A stretch of DNA of 64,000 nt from Candidatus Poribacteria bacterium (GTDB lineage: Bacteria > Poribacteria > WGA-4E > PCPOR2b), in the NCBI GenBank assembly GCA_965215015.1, contig OZ244042.1, positions 2,816,001 to 2,880,000 on the forward strand. Reading direction: 5' to 3'. The notes under the pieces were generated by a model, which saw only the letters and a list, made by a program, of their open reading frames with translations, made no database searches and was not told where the DNA came from. The translations under genes and the position numbers were made by a program. Of this stretch, positions 9,701 to 17,468 are shown piece by piece; position 1 is the first letter of the stretch, and every line of letters starts with the position of its first letter.

Positions 9701-10685
9701 ATATGGGGCTCCTGTCATTCGGTACATGTACAGCCACCGCGTAAGCACTCCGAACGTCACCTGTAAGTACGTGGTGCAGGGGTCCAGTCAGGGTGTTGTC
9801 CGTTGTCCAGTACGCCATCGCCGGATAACCCCCACCGCTATGGAACTTTGACGGGAGATTACCGTATCCCGTTATGGAGAGGAGGCCGTCAGTGTTGCTG
9901 TTGGGGTCTACTGTTACGATGGATGTTGTGTCCATCTCCCTCCAATTGTCGCTTGATGTGTCGCCTGGGGCATTGACCCTGTACGTAAATTTATAGGTCT
10001 CGGCGGTGGATTTGGTAGGGAAACGTATTTGGCAGTAGAGTAGATAGGTAATTCTCACTACAGGTTCGTCGTTTCTATTTCTGGCCGCTAGGGGCGGGTC
10101 CATCGCTGCTCTATCGGCATCGTCCAAATCGTACAAATCGCTAGCTGATTGTCTGATTGTTATCTGATTCCCGTCATAGTATACACCCTTATCACCCCAA
10201 TTTCCTCCGCCTATACCCTCATGAAAATTCATCTTATGAGTAAAGGGGCTCTCGGTAAACGACGAATGATAGGGTGGATTGCGGAAAACCATTCCATCAG
10301 ACCTGAAGGGCCCGGCTATTGAGGTGCCTCGTATAAAACGGCTGCCTGGTATAAGAGCACGCACCCGGACGTGTATGGAACCAGGTATCAATTCGATCCC
10401 CTCTGGGATCGTCACCCGGAACCCCTCCTTATTATCGGTGTTGTGCGATGTATAGTAAACTCTCAGATTGTAAGCATTGCCATGCCGAATGTCCTTCATC
10501 GCAATAAGATCACCGGATCTAACAGCGTGTTGACTCCCATACGGGAGGATTTGGAAACCTACCAAGTCTGAAAATACCACGCCCTGCGGCGCGGCCTCGT
10601 TAATAAACAACCCCACAAACAAAATCAAACTGAGGATAAAAAACACACTTAATTTCCGAAAATTTACATTTTTTGGTTTAACCAT
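3756..10685 (-). CDS. Giant (2309 aa) exported repeat protein with about 8 degenerate beta-sandwich modules and a C-terminal FlgD-Ig/T9SS-type-A-like sorting domain; paralog 1
   Basis: Sec-type signal peptide (MVKPKNVNFRKLSVFFILSLILFVGLFINEAAP), recurring AG.....l.FtYta....GG.vrl.iP.gW modules, DGDGDG Ca-binding-like loop, C-terminal NYPNPFNPETWIPY...YWDGRNRFGEQVASGIYFY. Confidence 0.85.
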   Translation of the reverse strand: MVKPKNVNFRKLSVFFILSLILFVGLFINEAAPQGVVFSDLVGFQILPYGSQHAVRSGDLIAMKDIRHGNAYNLRVYYTSHNTDNKEGFRVTIPEGIELIPGSIHVRVRALIPGSRFIRGTSIAGPFRSDGMVFRNPPYHSSFTESPFTHKMNFHEGIGGGNWGDKGVYYDGNQITIRQSASDLYDLDDADRAAMDPPLAARNRNDEPVVRITYLLYCQIRFPTKSTAETYKFTYRVNAPGDTSSDNWREMDTTSIVTVDPNSNTDGLLSITGYGNLPSKFHSGGGYPAMAYWTTDNTLTGPLHHVLTGDVRSAYAVAVHVPNDRSPIYGSHGAPNFDRHGILLPAPLYGVTHDPSIHNRRQRLGDPGVPADEPRAESDANFYLRVQGAAEVEVGWGFREAADDELPDITVATDNTLPLAAGSLRNVLKFTYTPTTDNLSGGRFRIAFPSGWKVSNKFISIIEREVGDDSTVIGLYSTDGAGTVLADSDTDRVDFEADKRITVAFDSAWGPQRRDRELLILLGDVTAPIPSRLSHTDNRGAPYEIYEFLCSESTRNDVLGLFDRPAVRVGNIIGGGTDRDPLKRKLTIEPGRVFSGEENTEFTLTFTAPGPMHGSSLDLSFGPPGLDMAHLGPQNTPVAENFNVDTRGGAKLDYSTDPTTPWTVTAGMAPDPPDPANPPTPAKLTIPIETLDKGQQIIVSYTREEGIGDSADADITAETTVGSTTAPIPEADVSGGEWVAKAGSGKLDLEPSSVEAGSQRRDITLTYTAYTDLEGATITIEPDGIVIDDDQKLQTDTSTDYGYVSGSEGLVVNADGNMIEWSSLDLEKGKTVTARIRRVNILAEADEYLWEVNVDGKPLEEGQATDIDDRSILSVVKTSGDAVRFEVDGEATFSAGSEQTINFKFIADSTPIRDGEVRLTIPSTLGSPPTKADATAGEVSVSGEAQKSRNAGAIGADQITISGRTITVAIGQLDVGGSVTITYGAADDSRAVLHHAAGAVQVSGTFRTSSGASTRTAGTATVTLSNVEDGMGAAVLSPGTIEAGSSNRAIEVVFTAAGTMDGGAVSLEIPDGWGSMQNDPTQRNYVTTRGAGVSLDPDDINDRYAIATIDTLAKGGSFRFIYGGGTGAAVGAEVQDNVGTAQFVIRSDGDGDGVFDVLTSDLEHTGREKIKNPDKTQRIYKDAPGILQVKVTSALDGTGTVTLDTPSVRAASDDVKLVFTYKPSQTIEDGMLRFTVPSSWSQPQVEEVSLPGYTEVEGVGLGSVTDDDKFSVTVPIFSLDKANDITITYGATEAGRAVAAATTGVDAFRFAVRGGEGGNLAPIQTQPTVTVNPQASGKGKAVIAVTDGEGTLHTGDTGRELTVTYTAAGQMIGGKVRLEVPADWSAPTADTVEITPAIPPTFSGQMAIVEGVNLSANGTVTFVYTGDVQPNVGTGVAFAVGVHGGDAADSFANVSGDETMLTVDVGEARQGAGSGEVAPRIVDAGATGVNLTFTYTAVGIISAPREFRVQVPAGWTAPSSAAMDPENKGTYTVVHRHMGVATTVSVEKLAPVARDMVARVKLGGLEVEAGDEISFNYHNADAPANREVSNFVMLFDGRPVDSNVSVRVQDSTPTQLILSSAGTVSADDGAMPLGITVGLRDADGHEVAMGSDVSVTLTSSSAGTFSELAEGTGTESITVTVAGGEVSAMVYYQDATPGIATITATAPGLTMASHPVTVTTSVIAITEGSVTIEPALAMAGDTVTVSAMGTAGRTVMFSVGSIVTDRSMAEVSSGAYSGSFTVVADQHADGMYDVSVSLNGQGAMVSNALTLDSTMPTVMAMASPETVANGEPVVISATVSDASSITSVMADVSMLDTTQTDMISLTMGADGAYSASVVVSEANTTLNGAKTITVTAIDAAGNSGSGTAMVTLDNKLSYTSQIPAGTSLFHIPLAVEGLNTVGDLREMLGSDANLLIVYDSANDLWNSRSDDVPITADLGILVSMSAEATVTFTGYAWDDGASTINLTAGSNLIGLPVNDARLNNVSDIAALFATGVVASVVVSTADGYKSVAAAGDSGDGPVMGDAAYLVTATTDATAALIGTGWSHDTAAAAPIALVSHQVAGQTPVLDVNGSVVDETTGVVQDGFRVKVKNLSTKAALNRVTSTETATGYNMTFVDLKVGHAAQVGDVLEISADSPSPLIGVQPVRHIVTVDDVKATRIELADLIAYEIPSETELLRNYPNPFNPETWIPYRLASDADVVLTIYDSTGQVVRTLDMGHQTAAVYESRAKAIYWDGRNRFGEQVASGIYFYSLSAGEFSATRKMLILK

Positions 10686-10937
10686 AATAAAATCCTTTCG
10701 TGGGAAAATTTAATTTCAGATTAACTCAATAACAATAGTACCCTTTCCACGTCTTACAACCCCTACTGCAAAAGATAACGTTCTGCCTATTGCTCCTCTT
10801 GTCATTGATTAGGTCAATTATGCACCAAAACGTTGTTGAAAACAGAAAAAGCTAATGGTAAAGTAAAGGGTTTTGAATACACAGTTCTATAATACAATCG
10901 ATCAAATTATACAATCGATCGAAAGATTTGTCGATCG
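10686..10937 (-). promoter_or_regulatory. Conserved leader and sigma70-type promoter of giant gene 1 (TCGACA-N17-TATAAT at 10934-10906)
   Basis: Near-identical to 32232-32465. -35/-10 spacing is 17 nt and homology stops 3 nt beyond the -35 box. Confidence 0.75.
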
Positions 10938-10957
10938 CTTATTAGAATCTTCCGCTC

Positions 10958-11120
10958 TAAAACCCCGTCTTTTAAGACGGGTATACAGATTGGCAAAGGG
11001 TATTCAGTCAAACAACGGTTGAAATTGTCTGATTGTTAGGCTCTTGAATCCATCAGGCTATCAAGTCTCTAACAATCGCAAAATGGGGTCAATCGCAAAA
11101 TGGGGTATACCTGTTTTGTC
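10958..11120 (+). mobile_element. Probable left-end remnant of an IS200/IS605-family element
   Basis: Subterminal hairpin aaccccgtcttttaagacggg followed by gattgttagg...ctaacaa and aaatggggtatac..gt.ttgtc; same order as the TnpB-derived element at 35.6-35.97 kb. Confidence 0.5.
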
Positions 11121-11294
11121 TTTGGTGAGGGGTTTTCAGTCCGCAGGGAGCGTAAAGCACCGAAGTTGCTGCCCCCTAATTTTTTTTTCAAAAAATCTCG
11201 TCTTTTTCCATGTCTTAGCTGTCTATATGGTTAAACGGATCGAAATCATTATCCAACCTTCTTATCCAAATTACTAGCCAGTTTAGAGGTAAGC

Positions 11295-11885
11295 ATGGAA
11301 AAATCAGATGAGGCTTTGATGCACCAACTCCAGACAGGTGATTTGCGTTCGTTTGATACATTGGTCAAACGGTGGGAGACGCCGCTATTGAACTACTGCT
11401 ACCGAATGGTCAATGACATCGCGTTGGCGGAAGATCTGCGGCAGGAAGTTTTTCTCCGTATCTATCGTTCTGCCAAGACGTTTCGTGCAACGGCAAAATT
11501 CTCCACATGGATGTACCGAATTGCGACAAATCTCTGCATCAATACACTTGCTAAACCAGGGCACCGAAAAGAGATACCAATGGGGCCCGATCTGAAGTTA
11601 GAGGGTGAAGGTTTCGACGACAGGCTCATCGATCCATCGGACACGCCTGATGTCGTTGTAATAAAGAAAGAGCTCGAAAGCCGAGTACGCTCGGCATTGG
11701 TGTGTTTACCACAAAATCTGCGAGTCGTAGTCATTATGCGCCATTACCACGACATGAAATTTCGAGAGATTGCCCAAGTTTTGGAGTGTCCTATTAGTAC
11801 GGTTAAGTCACGGATGGCAGCTGGAATGACACGCCTCAGTCAAATGTTGTCGAAGCAAGAAAAATGTCTCAGCGTTCGCCGCTGA
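11295..11885 (+). CDS. ECF RNA polymerase sigma-70 factor
   Basis: Region 2 (AEDLRQEVFLRIYR, FSTWMYRIATNLC) and region 4 (FREIAQVLECPISTVKSR). Confidence 0.92.
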   Translation: MEKSDEALMHQLQTGDLRSFDTLVKRWETPLLNYCYRMVNDIALAEDLRQEVFLRIYRSAKTFRATAKFSTWMYRIATNLCINTLAKPGHRKEIPMGPDLKLEGEGFDDRLIDPSDTPDVVVIKKELESRVRSALVCLPQNLRVVVIMRHYHDMKFREIAQVLECPISTVKSRMAAGMTRLSQMLSKQEKCLSVRR

Positions 11886-11910
11886 TTCACCTACGAAGGA
11901 GGGATTTGCA

Positions 11911-12618
11911 TTGGATTGCAGATTGTTTAGAGAACAGATTGTGGTTGAGAGCTACAATGAATTGGACGCAGGGGCGAAAAAATCGCTGGAAGCCCACTTG
12001 CAAATTTGTCGGGCGTGTGAGCAATTTCAAGCCGCTCTAAACGAGACACGACAAGCCCTCGACCAATGGCAAGAGGTAGATTGTCCAATCGATATTGAGG
12101 CATTGCATGGGGCGATACAGCCTGAATCTTCGTCGTGGTGGTCCCAATTACCCGCATGGCGATGGTTCTCCTGGGGAATGGCGACCTGCTTGACTTTGGT
12201 CTTCGGTCTTTCTGCGCTCGCATGGGTCGGCGTTGACCTTAAGTGGGAGGACCGTGGTTTGACGCTTAGGATTGGAGCAGAGGCGGCCCCGGAGATTACA
12301 GAGCAGGAACTGGTACGATTGCTGCAGGCGGAACGTCACGCCACCCAAGTGGAGATTGTAAAACAGCTTCAAGGAGCGTTGGATGAATTCAGCGAACAAC
12401 TCCAAGTCCATCTGGATGAACGGCAGAAACAGGCGAATACACAACTGGCGTTAATCTACCAGGAATTGCAATCACAACGGGTACAGGATTTGGAACTCAT
12501 CCGTCAAGAGCTGCAGCACCTCGCCGGCGCGACTGAAGCCGAGTTTCTTGAGACGCAACGGGCCTTTGAGTTCATCCTTGCTTCGCATGTGTCTGGGATA
12601 CAAAAGAATCTGAAATGA
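11911..12618 (+). CDS. Zinc-finger (HxxxCxxC) transmembrane anti-sigma factor with a coiled-coil extracytoplasmic part
   Basis: MDC...HLQICRAC ZAS motif, single TM helix, follows the ECF sigma gene; TTG start after GGAGG. Confidence 0.85.
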   Translation: MDCRLFREQIVVESYNELDAGAKKSLEAHLQICRACEQFQAALNETRQALDQWQEVDCPIDIEALHGAIQPESSSWWSQLPAWRWFSWGMATCLTLVFGLSALAWVGVDLKWEDRGLTLRIGAEAAPEITEQELVRLLQAERHATQVEIVKQLQGALDEFSEQLQVHLDERQKQANTQLALIYQELQSQRVQDLELIRQELQHLAGATEAEFLETQRAFEFILASHVSGIQKNLK

Positions 12619-12698
12619 CATCGTATCGATTATCAACTGTGTGTTGCGTAAAACGTGAACACAAAACCGAAGAAGAGATATTAAAGGAGAAGACAATT

Positions 12699-13670
12699 AT
12701 GAGATGCTATATGAACCTTATCATAGCTATGCTTGGTGTCGGTTTGGTTGCCAGCACTGTATTTGCACAAGATGAAATTAACTATACCGAGATGGTCGAA
12801 GATCTTAAGGTAATGTGTCGAATCATTGATGAAACAATGGACGAGACATTTGAGAAGGATTATCTCAAGGGGGGATTTTTCCGTAGGGGCTGCCAACACC
12901 TATATCTCACAGGCTATGGCCCTGTGTTCCTGCTTGATGTACAATTTCCTGTTTCCGAGAAAGAGATGAGGGTTGTTAAGACCGAAAAGGAAACGAACCT
13001 GTGGGAAAAATATGAGCGAGAGGTTCGGCATCAAGGTCAACCGGAAGAGGCGGTATGGGTAGTCGGTAAAAACGAATCGTATAGTAGGGAGAAGGTTGAT
13101 AAACTCAAGGAGCAGCTCGCTTATCTCGCCGGTGAGTATGGCTCCCGTATCGGTCAATTGGGGTTTGATGATACAATCTCATTTGTGGTTTTTGGGTATT
13201 CTGATTACGCCGTTGACCTTGATGTAGGTTTGGATTTTGAAGTGCTTAATGAACACGTCAAAGTGCTTAATGAACACGTCAAAGCGAAGCGGGAGAGCCT
13301 TAAAAAGCTAAAAGAGACTGCGGAAAAATTGGGAGAAGAACTACAGGGAGAAGAACTGCAGGAGAAGATCGCAGCGCAGGAGGGCCGAGAGGCTGACAAA
13401 AAGGTTATCATCCAGCGGGATGAAACAATAATCATCGAGGAAGAGAAAGATGAAGAAATGGAAGATTCACAACCAAAAAAGGGCAAACAGCTTCGTGTGC
13501 TTATTCGTCCGACTCCACCAACCCCTCCGACTCCACCAAGCTTTCCCCACAGGTTCCATGGTAAGCCAGCAACGACGTTGATTCTGACCTTCAAACGGAG
13601 TCAGCTTGAGGGCAAAAAGGGAACGGATTGGGAAACTTTATTAGCAGCGGCAGAGGTTGTGGAGTATTGA
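12699..13670 (+). CDS. Exported hypothetical protein in the ECF operon
   Basis: RBS AAGGAG, signal peptide ending VFA-Q, 21-bp tandem duplication (VLNEHVK x2), PTPPTPPTPP stretch. Confidence 0.7.
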   Translation: MRCYMNLIIAMLGVGLVASTVFAQDEINYTEMVEDLKVMCRIIDETMDETFEKDYLKGGFFRRGCQHLYLTGYGPVFLLDVQFPVSEKEMRVVKTEKETNLWEKYEREVRHQGQPEEAVWVVGKNESYSREKVDKLKEQLAYLAGEYGSRIGQLGFDDTISFVVFGYSDYAVDLDVGLDFEVLNEHVKVLNEHVKAKRESLKKLKETAEKLGEELQGEELQEKIAAQEGREADKKVIIQRDETIIIEEEKDEEMEDSQPKKGKQLRVLIRPTPPTPPTPPSFPHRFHGKPATTLILTFKRSQLEGKKGTDWETLLAAAEVVEY

Positions 13671-13675
13671 ACCAT

Positions 13676-14245
13676 TCAACCAAAGACGGTAAATCCAACA
13701 TACATGAGCACCGAAATGAGATTTATAACGACCAAGGCACCCTTCATAAGCCGGGATGGTAGGCGGGGAAAGAGATAGACCGATGCCCCAATTGTGACCA
13801 ATATTTCGATAGCGGAAACAATCCTGCCGTGATGTCTAGGGTCCCAGTAGGAGATTGGGCTATAAAAGCGGAATTGGAGGAGGGGGAAGAAGTGCCTATG
13901 CCCGTCATCGTGGTGGAGGAAAAAATCGCCGGCAGCGTGTAACAGCAGGCTCAGGGAGCAAACAATGACAGCGTTGGATTGACGCCAGTAGCCAATTCCA
14001 AGGAGGAGGAGAAACAACGGGATGGAGTTGAAGATATCAAAGAGGTTTTGCCACTCCGGGAGGAAATACCGCTCCCCCCAGATGAGGCTTTGCGGGTGCT
14101 TAAGGATAAATGCCTCAACCAGAAAAAAGAAAAACATCGGTACGTCCGGCAATACAGCACCGATGAGCGCGTAACGGTGGAGGTGTGGCACTGCTTTCCG
14201 ACTCAGGAGTGCGACGTTAATAATGGCGTGGGTTTGGGTATTCAT
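13676..14245 (-). CDS. Membrane-bound metal-dependent hydrolase-like protein
   Basis: MNTQTH, GAVLPD, LLHAAGDFFLHHDDGHRHFFP, SPISYWDPRH; several TM helices. Confidence 0.65.
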   Translation of the reverse strand: MNTQTHAIINVALLSRKAVPHLHRYALIGAVLPDVPMFFFFLVEAFILKHPQSLIWGERYFLPEWQNLFDIFNSIPLFLLLLGIGYWRQSNAVIVCSLSLLLHAAGDFFLHHDDGHRHFFPLLQFRFYSPISYWDPRHHGRIVSAIEILVTIGASVYLFPRLPSRLMKGALVVINLISVLMYVGFTVFG

Positions 14246-14290
14246 CGGTTCATTAGTTCGCTAGCTCATTCATGAATCAGCACATCAATG

Positions 14291-14585
14291 AATTAACTGA
14301 GGGGCACTCATAATAATTGTCTAAATCACGGATTAAACAGATGACTCAGATAACACGGATTGAGAAACGATTGAACGTTCGGAAAAATTTATTAGCGCGT
14401 GTGAATAGCAGTTGGCGAAGATTCGCGTGGACTCATGGTTGAAAAATGCCTCTGCAAATCTCCGCCAATTGACACGAATGAAAAAAGTGTTGGGTCTCGG
14501 CTTTAGCGGAGGACGCGGATAGGGACAAACGCGCAATGAATTGCGCTACTACGAACAGGGTTATGTATTTGAGAAGTGCTCATTA
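14291..14585. repeat. MITE/REP-like element homologous to 44346-44470
   Basis: Shared core ggctttagcggaggac(g/a)cggatagggacaaacgcgcaatgaattgcgctactacgaacagggt, bounded by tgagg(a/g)g..ctca motifs. Confidence 0.75.
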
Positions 14586-14680
14586 TTCAATGCGTGTCAT
14601 CGCTCGCTTCGGCAAGATCGCTTTGGCCAATTGTAGGAGCTTGGTTCCCAAGGCCAACGGGTTGGGAGACCCAACCCCAT

Positions 14681-15196
14681 CCGTTGAGGGCTATCGAGAG
14701 GTATACACATTAGGTTCTATTTATGAGGACTCCTCAATTAACTGAGGGGTGCTTATAAGTCCAATGACCGAAATAGTAGTCAGATATGTTGTGTTTCTGA
14801 AAAGTTGTCAGCCTTGGAAAGTAAATGATGCGCGCTTCTCGGCAGACTTTCCTTGTCCTTTCGGTGTCAACTTGAGTCCCCTAATCCTTCAATCTGGGAA
14901 ATCCTGATTCAGACAAGAATAATGCACCCCCCCTCAACTAACTTAGGCTCCCCACCCGTTGAGGGCTATCGAGAGGTATACACATTAGGTTCTATTTATG
15001 AGGACTCCTCAATTAACTGAGGGGTGCTCATAAGTCCAATGACCGAAATAGTAATCAGATATGTTGTGTTTCTGAGAAGTTGTCAGCCTTGGAAAGTAAA
15101 TGATGCACGTTTCTCGGCGGCCCTTTCTTGTCCCTTCGGTGTCAACTTGAGTCCCCTAATCCTTCAATCTGGGAAATCCTGATTCAGACAAGAATA
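14681..15196. repeat. Two direct copies of a 241-bp non-coding unit (14681-14921 and 14956-15196; period 275 bp)
   Basis: ccgttgagggctatcgagaggtatacac...aatcctgattcagacaagaata repeated with only scattered substitutions. Confidence 0.95.
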
Positions 15197-16216
15197 TGGG
15201 CTCGTGTACCTGATTATTCCCTCCTCCAGCATGGTCAGCAGCGCAGAGTCGTCTACATCAAGCGGCAGGGTAATCTTCGCACGACGGCGGCTTGACTCGT
15301 AGGTCGAAAAGATGAGCTCTGTGGTCTGGATTGCCTTTCGGCCGCTGAGCTCTGGCTCGCGCCCCGTTTTGACGCAATCGATAAGGTCGAGCACGGAGAG
15401 GACGGTATCTCCGCCGGGCAGAACAATACCGTCAAGGTTTGGTGCTTCCCAATCAGCTCTCCCGTGTCGGAGGACGCGCACCGGTGGCTTATCTCGCCCG
15501 CCGACTTCAATGATGCCGTTTGTTCCGATGATACGATTCTGTACTCCAGCCAGCGCAGCCGCGCCTGTTGTGAGTAGACCTTCTACCCCGTTTTTATAGC
15601 GGATCCATGAGACGCCGCTCGTCTCTACCGGCACACCAAAAACGAGATGTTCTTCAACCACATCAATTTGACCCATCACCCATTCTGCCGGTTCGTCGTT
15701 GTTATAGAAGAAGAACATGTCGAACCAGTGCGTTCCCCAGTCAATCATATTGGGACAGGCTCCTTCAAAGCGGTAGACTTGACCGATTGTGCCATCGTTT
15801 GCCAACTCCTTCGCTTTGACAAAGCTCGCACCGAAGCGACGCTGGTGGCAGAAGCTAATCATCACATCGTTGTCCACACACGCTTGATAGAGTGCTTTGG
15901 CGTCGCCCCATGTCGGTGCCATCGGTTTCTCGGCGTGGATGGCTTTAATCCCACTATTCGCTGCTGCGATAACCATCTCTTTGTGCAGCCCAATCCACGT
16001 GCAGACGCTGACAAAGTCGAGCGATTCTTTATCTAGCATTTCGCGATAATCCTCATAAGTTTTCGCAACTCCGAACTGTTCCGCGAAATTCCCCCGCGCT
16101 TCTTCGACCGGATCCGCACATGCGATGATCTCTACCTCCGGCGATGCTTGATAACCTTCCGCATGACCCCGGCCGCGTCCACCACAACCGATGATACCTG
16201 CTTTGAATAATGCCAT
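15164..16216 (-). CDS. Gfo/Idh/MocA-family oxidoreductase
   Basis: GIIGCGGRG Rossmann motif, AEKPM, HQRRF, DWGTHWFD; the last codons come from the adjacent repeat. Confidence 0.9.
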   Translation of the reverse strand: MALFKAGIIGCGGRGRGHAEGYQASPEVEIIACADPVEEARGNFAEQFGVAKTYEDYREMLDKESLDFVSVCTWIGLHKEMVIAAANSGIKAIHAEKPMAPTWGDAKALYQACVDNDVMISFCHQRRFGASFVKAKELANDGTIGQVYRFEGACPNMIDWGTHWFDMFFFYNNDEPAEWVMGQIDVVEEHLVFGVPVETSGVSWIRYKNGVEGLLTTGAAALAGVQNRIIGTNGIIEVGGRDKPPVRVLRHGRADWEAPNLDGIVLPGGDTVLSVLDLIDCVKTGREPELSGRKAIQTTELIFSTYESSRRRAKITLPLDVDDSALLTMLEEGIIRYTSPYSCLNQDFPD

Positions 16217-16784
16217 AAAGTTCTCCTTCTCAGAATTAAAAATTGTATAAACTCAATAGGTCATACCCTGGCAGGAATACCTCCAACAAACAGCATTAAC
16301 ACCGTAATCTTACGTTTTACATAGGCTTCCGCGCCGTTATGATACCCGAGCCATCCGGCAACGTATCCCGCTTAAAGTCCACAAAAAATTTGAGAGTGTT
16401 GATTCGTTTTTACTTATTGTAGCATCAAGGCATCTATGTGTCAACGTAGGGGAATTGCATCCGTTATAGAAATTACGCAGCGGCGATCACAGGTTAGGCA
16501 CCCCCGATGAATCGAGGATAAGTTGCGGCGCAGCGGCAATCCTGATCCATTGGGGCTCTGTAGCGACGAGAGGGTACGCCCTCCCCCTGCCTACGTTCTT
16601 TCCCCACCGTTTGCGGGGGTAGGGGGGATTGGGCCACGATTGTAGTGTGACACTATTGTGTCGAGGTATGAATCTCGACCGACGAATTCTGTTGACTCTA
16701 ACGGAAATCCCATGGATATTCAACTAGCAACTTACCTTAAAATAGCCCAAGTTGCTAGGCATTGAAAGTTTATGCCCGCGATAA

Positions 16785-17426
16785 ATGAATAAATCAATTT
16801 CACATTTCATGTCTCACCTTTGTAGTCCTCAACTGAAGCATTGGATTAACCTAATTTTGATACTTTGTCTGATGGTAGCCTGCGGCTGCTCAGACAACCC
16901 AGAAATTGATTCCGCAACTGTCCAAAAAGAACACGACGAGGGCTGGGCAGCCTATCATAAAGGAGATTTTTCCACCGCACTGCTGCATTTTGAGCGCGTG
17001 ATTGAGTTGGACACAACCTTTGCCGACGCACACAACGGCTTAGGCTGGACCCATCTCAGTATTTCACATCAGCCCGCAACACGCCCTGAGACTCTCGCCA
17101 AGGCACAAAAGGCATTTGAGGCCGCCATCCGCTCGGACCCTTCCAATGCGGATGCGTGGGTCGGGTTAGCCAATACGCTCTTTCTCCGCCGTGAGGGTGC
17201 TGCGGATTTTCAAACCGCGCTCCGTGCTATCGACAACGCCTTGCAGGCGGATTCCCGCACCCTCTTTCGACATGACTATGAGTCGGTGGCAGCGCTCTAC
17301 GCGCTCCGTGCTGCCTGCTACTACTATGTTGGTCAAACGGAACTTGCTCTATCGATTCTTGAGGGGGCACTTCACCTGGAGCCCTCAAACCCGACTGTGT
17401 TATCACTGCAACAATTATTAAAATAA
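16785..17426 (+). CDS. TPR-repeat lipoprotein
   Basis: Lipobox-like VACGC; TPR motifs (ADAHNGLGWTHL, ADAWVGLANTL). Confidence 0.75.
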   Translation: MNKSISHFMSHLCSPQLKHWINLILILCLMVACGCSDNPEIDSATVQKEHDEGWAAYHKGDFSTALLHFERVIELDTTFADAHNGLGWTHLSISHQPATRPETLAKAQKAFEAAIRSDPSNADAWVGLANTLFLRREGAADFQTALRAIDNALQADSRTLFRHDYESVAALYALRAACYYYVGQTELALSILEGALHLEPSNPTVLSLQQLLK

Positions 17427-17468
17427 AGTCAATTCTTTCGTTTACCCCTTTGGTGAGGCTTCGTCCGA

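Noticed and set aside
14681-15196. Possible CRISPR array
   Set aside because: Only two 241-bp units; no short repeats with unique spacers and no cas genes.
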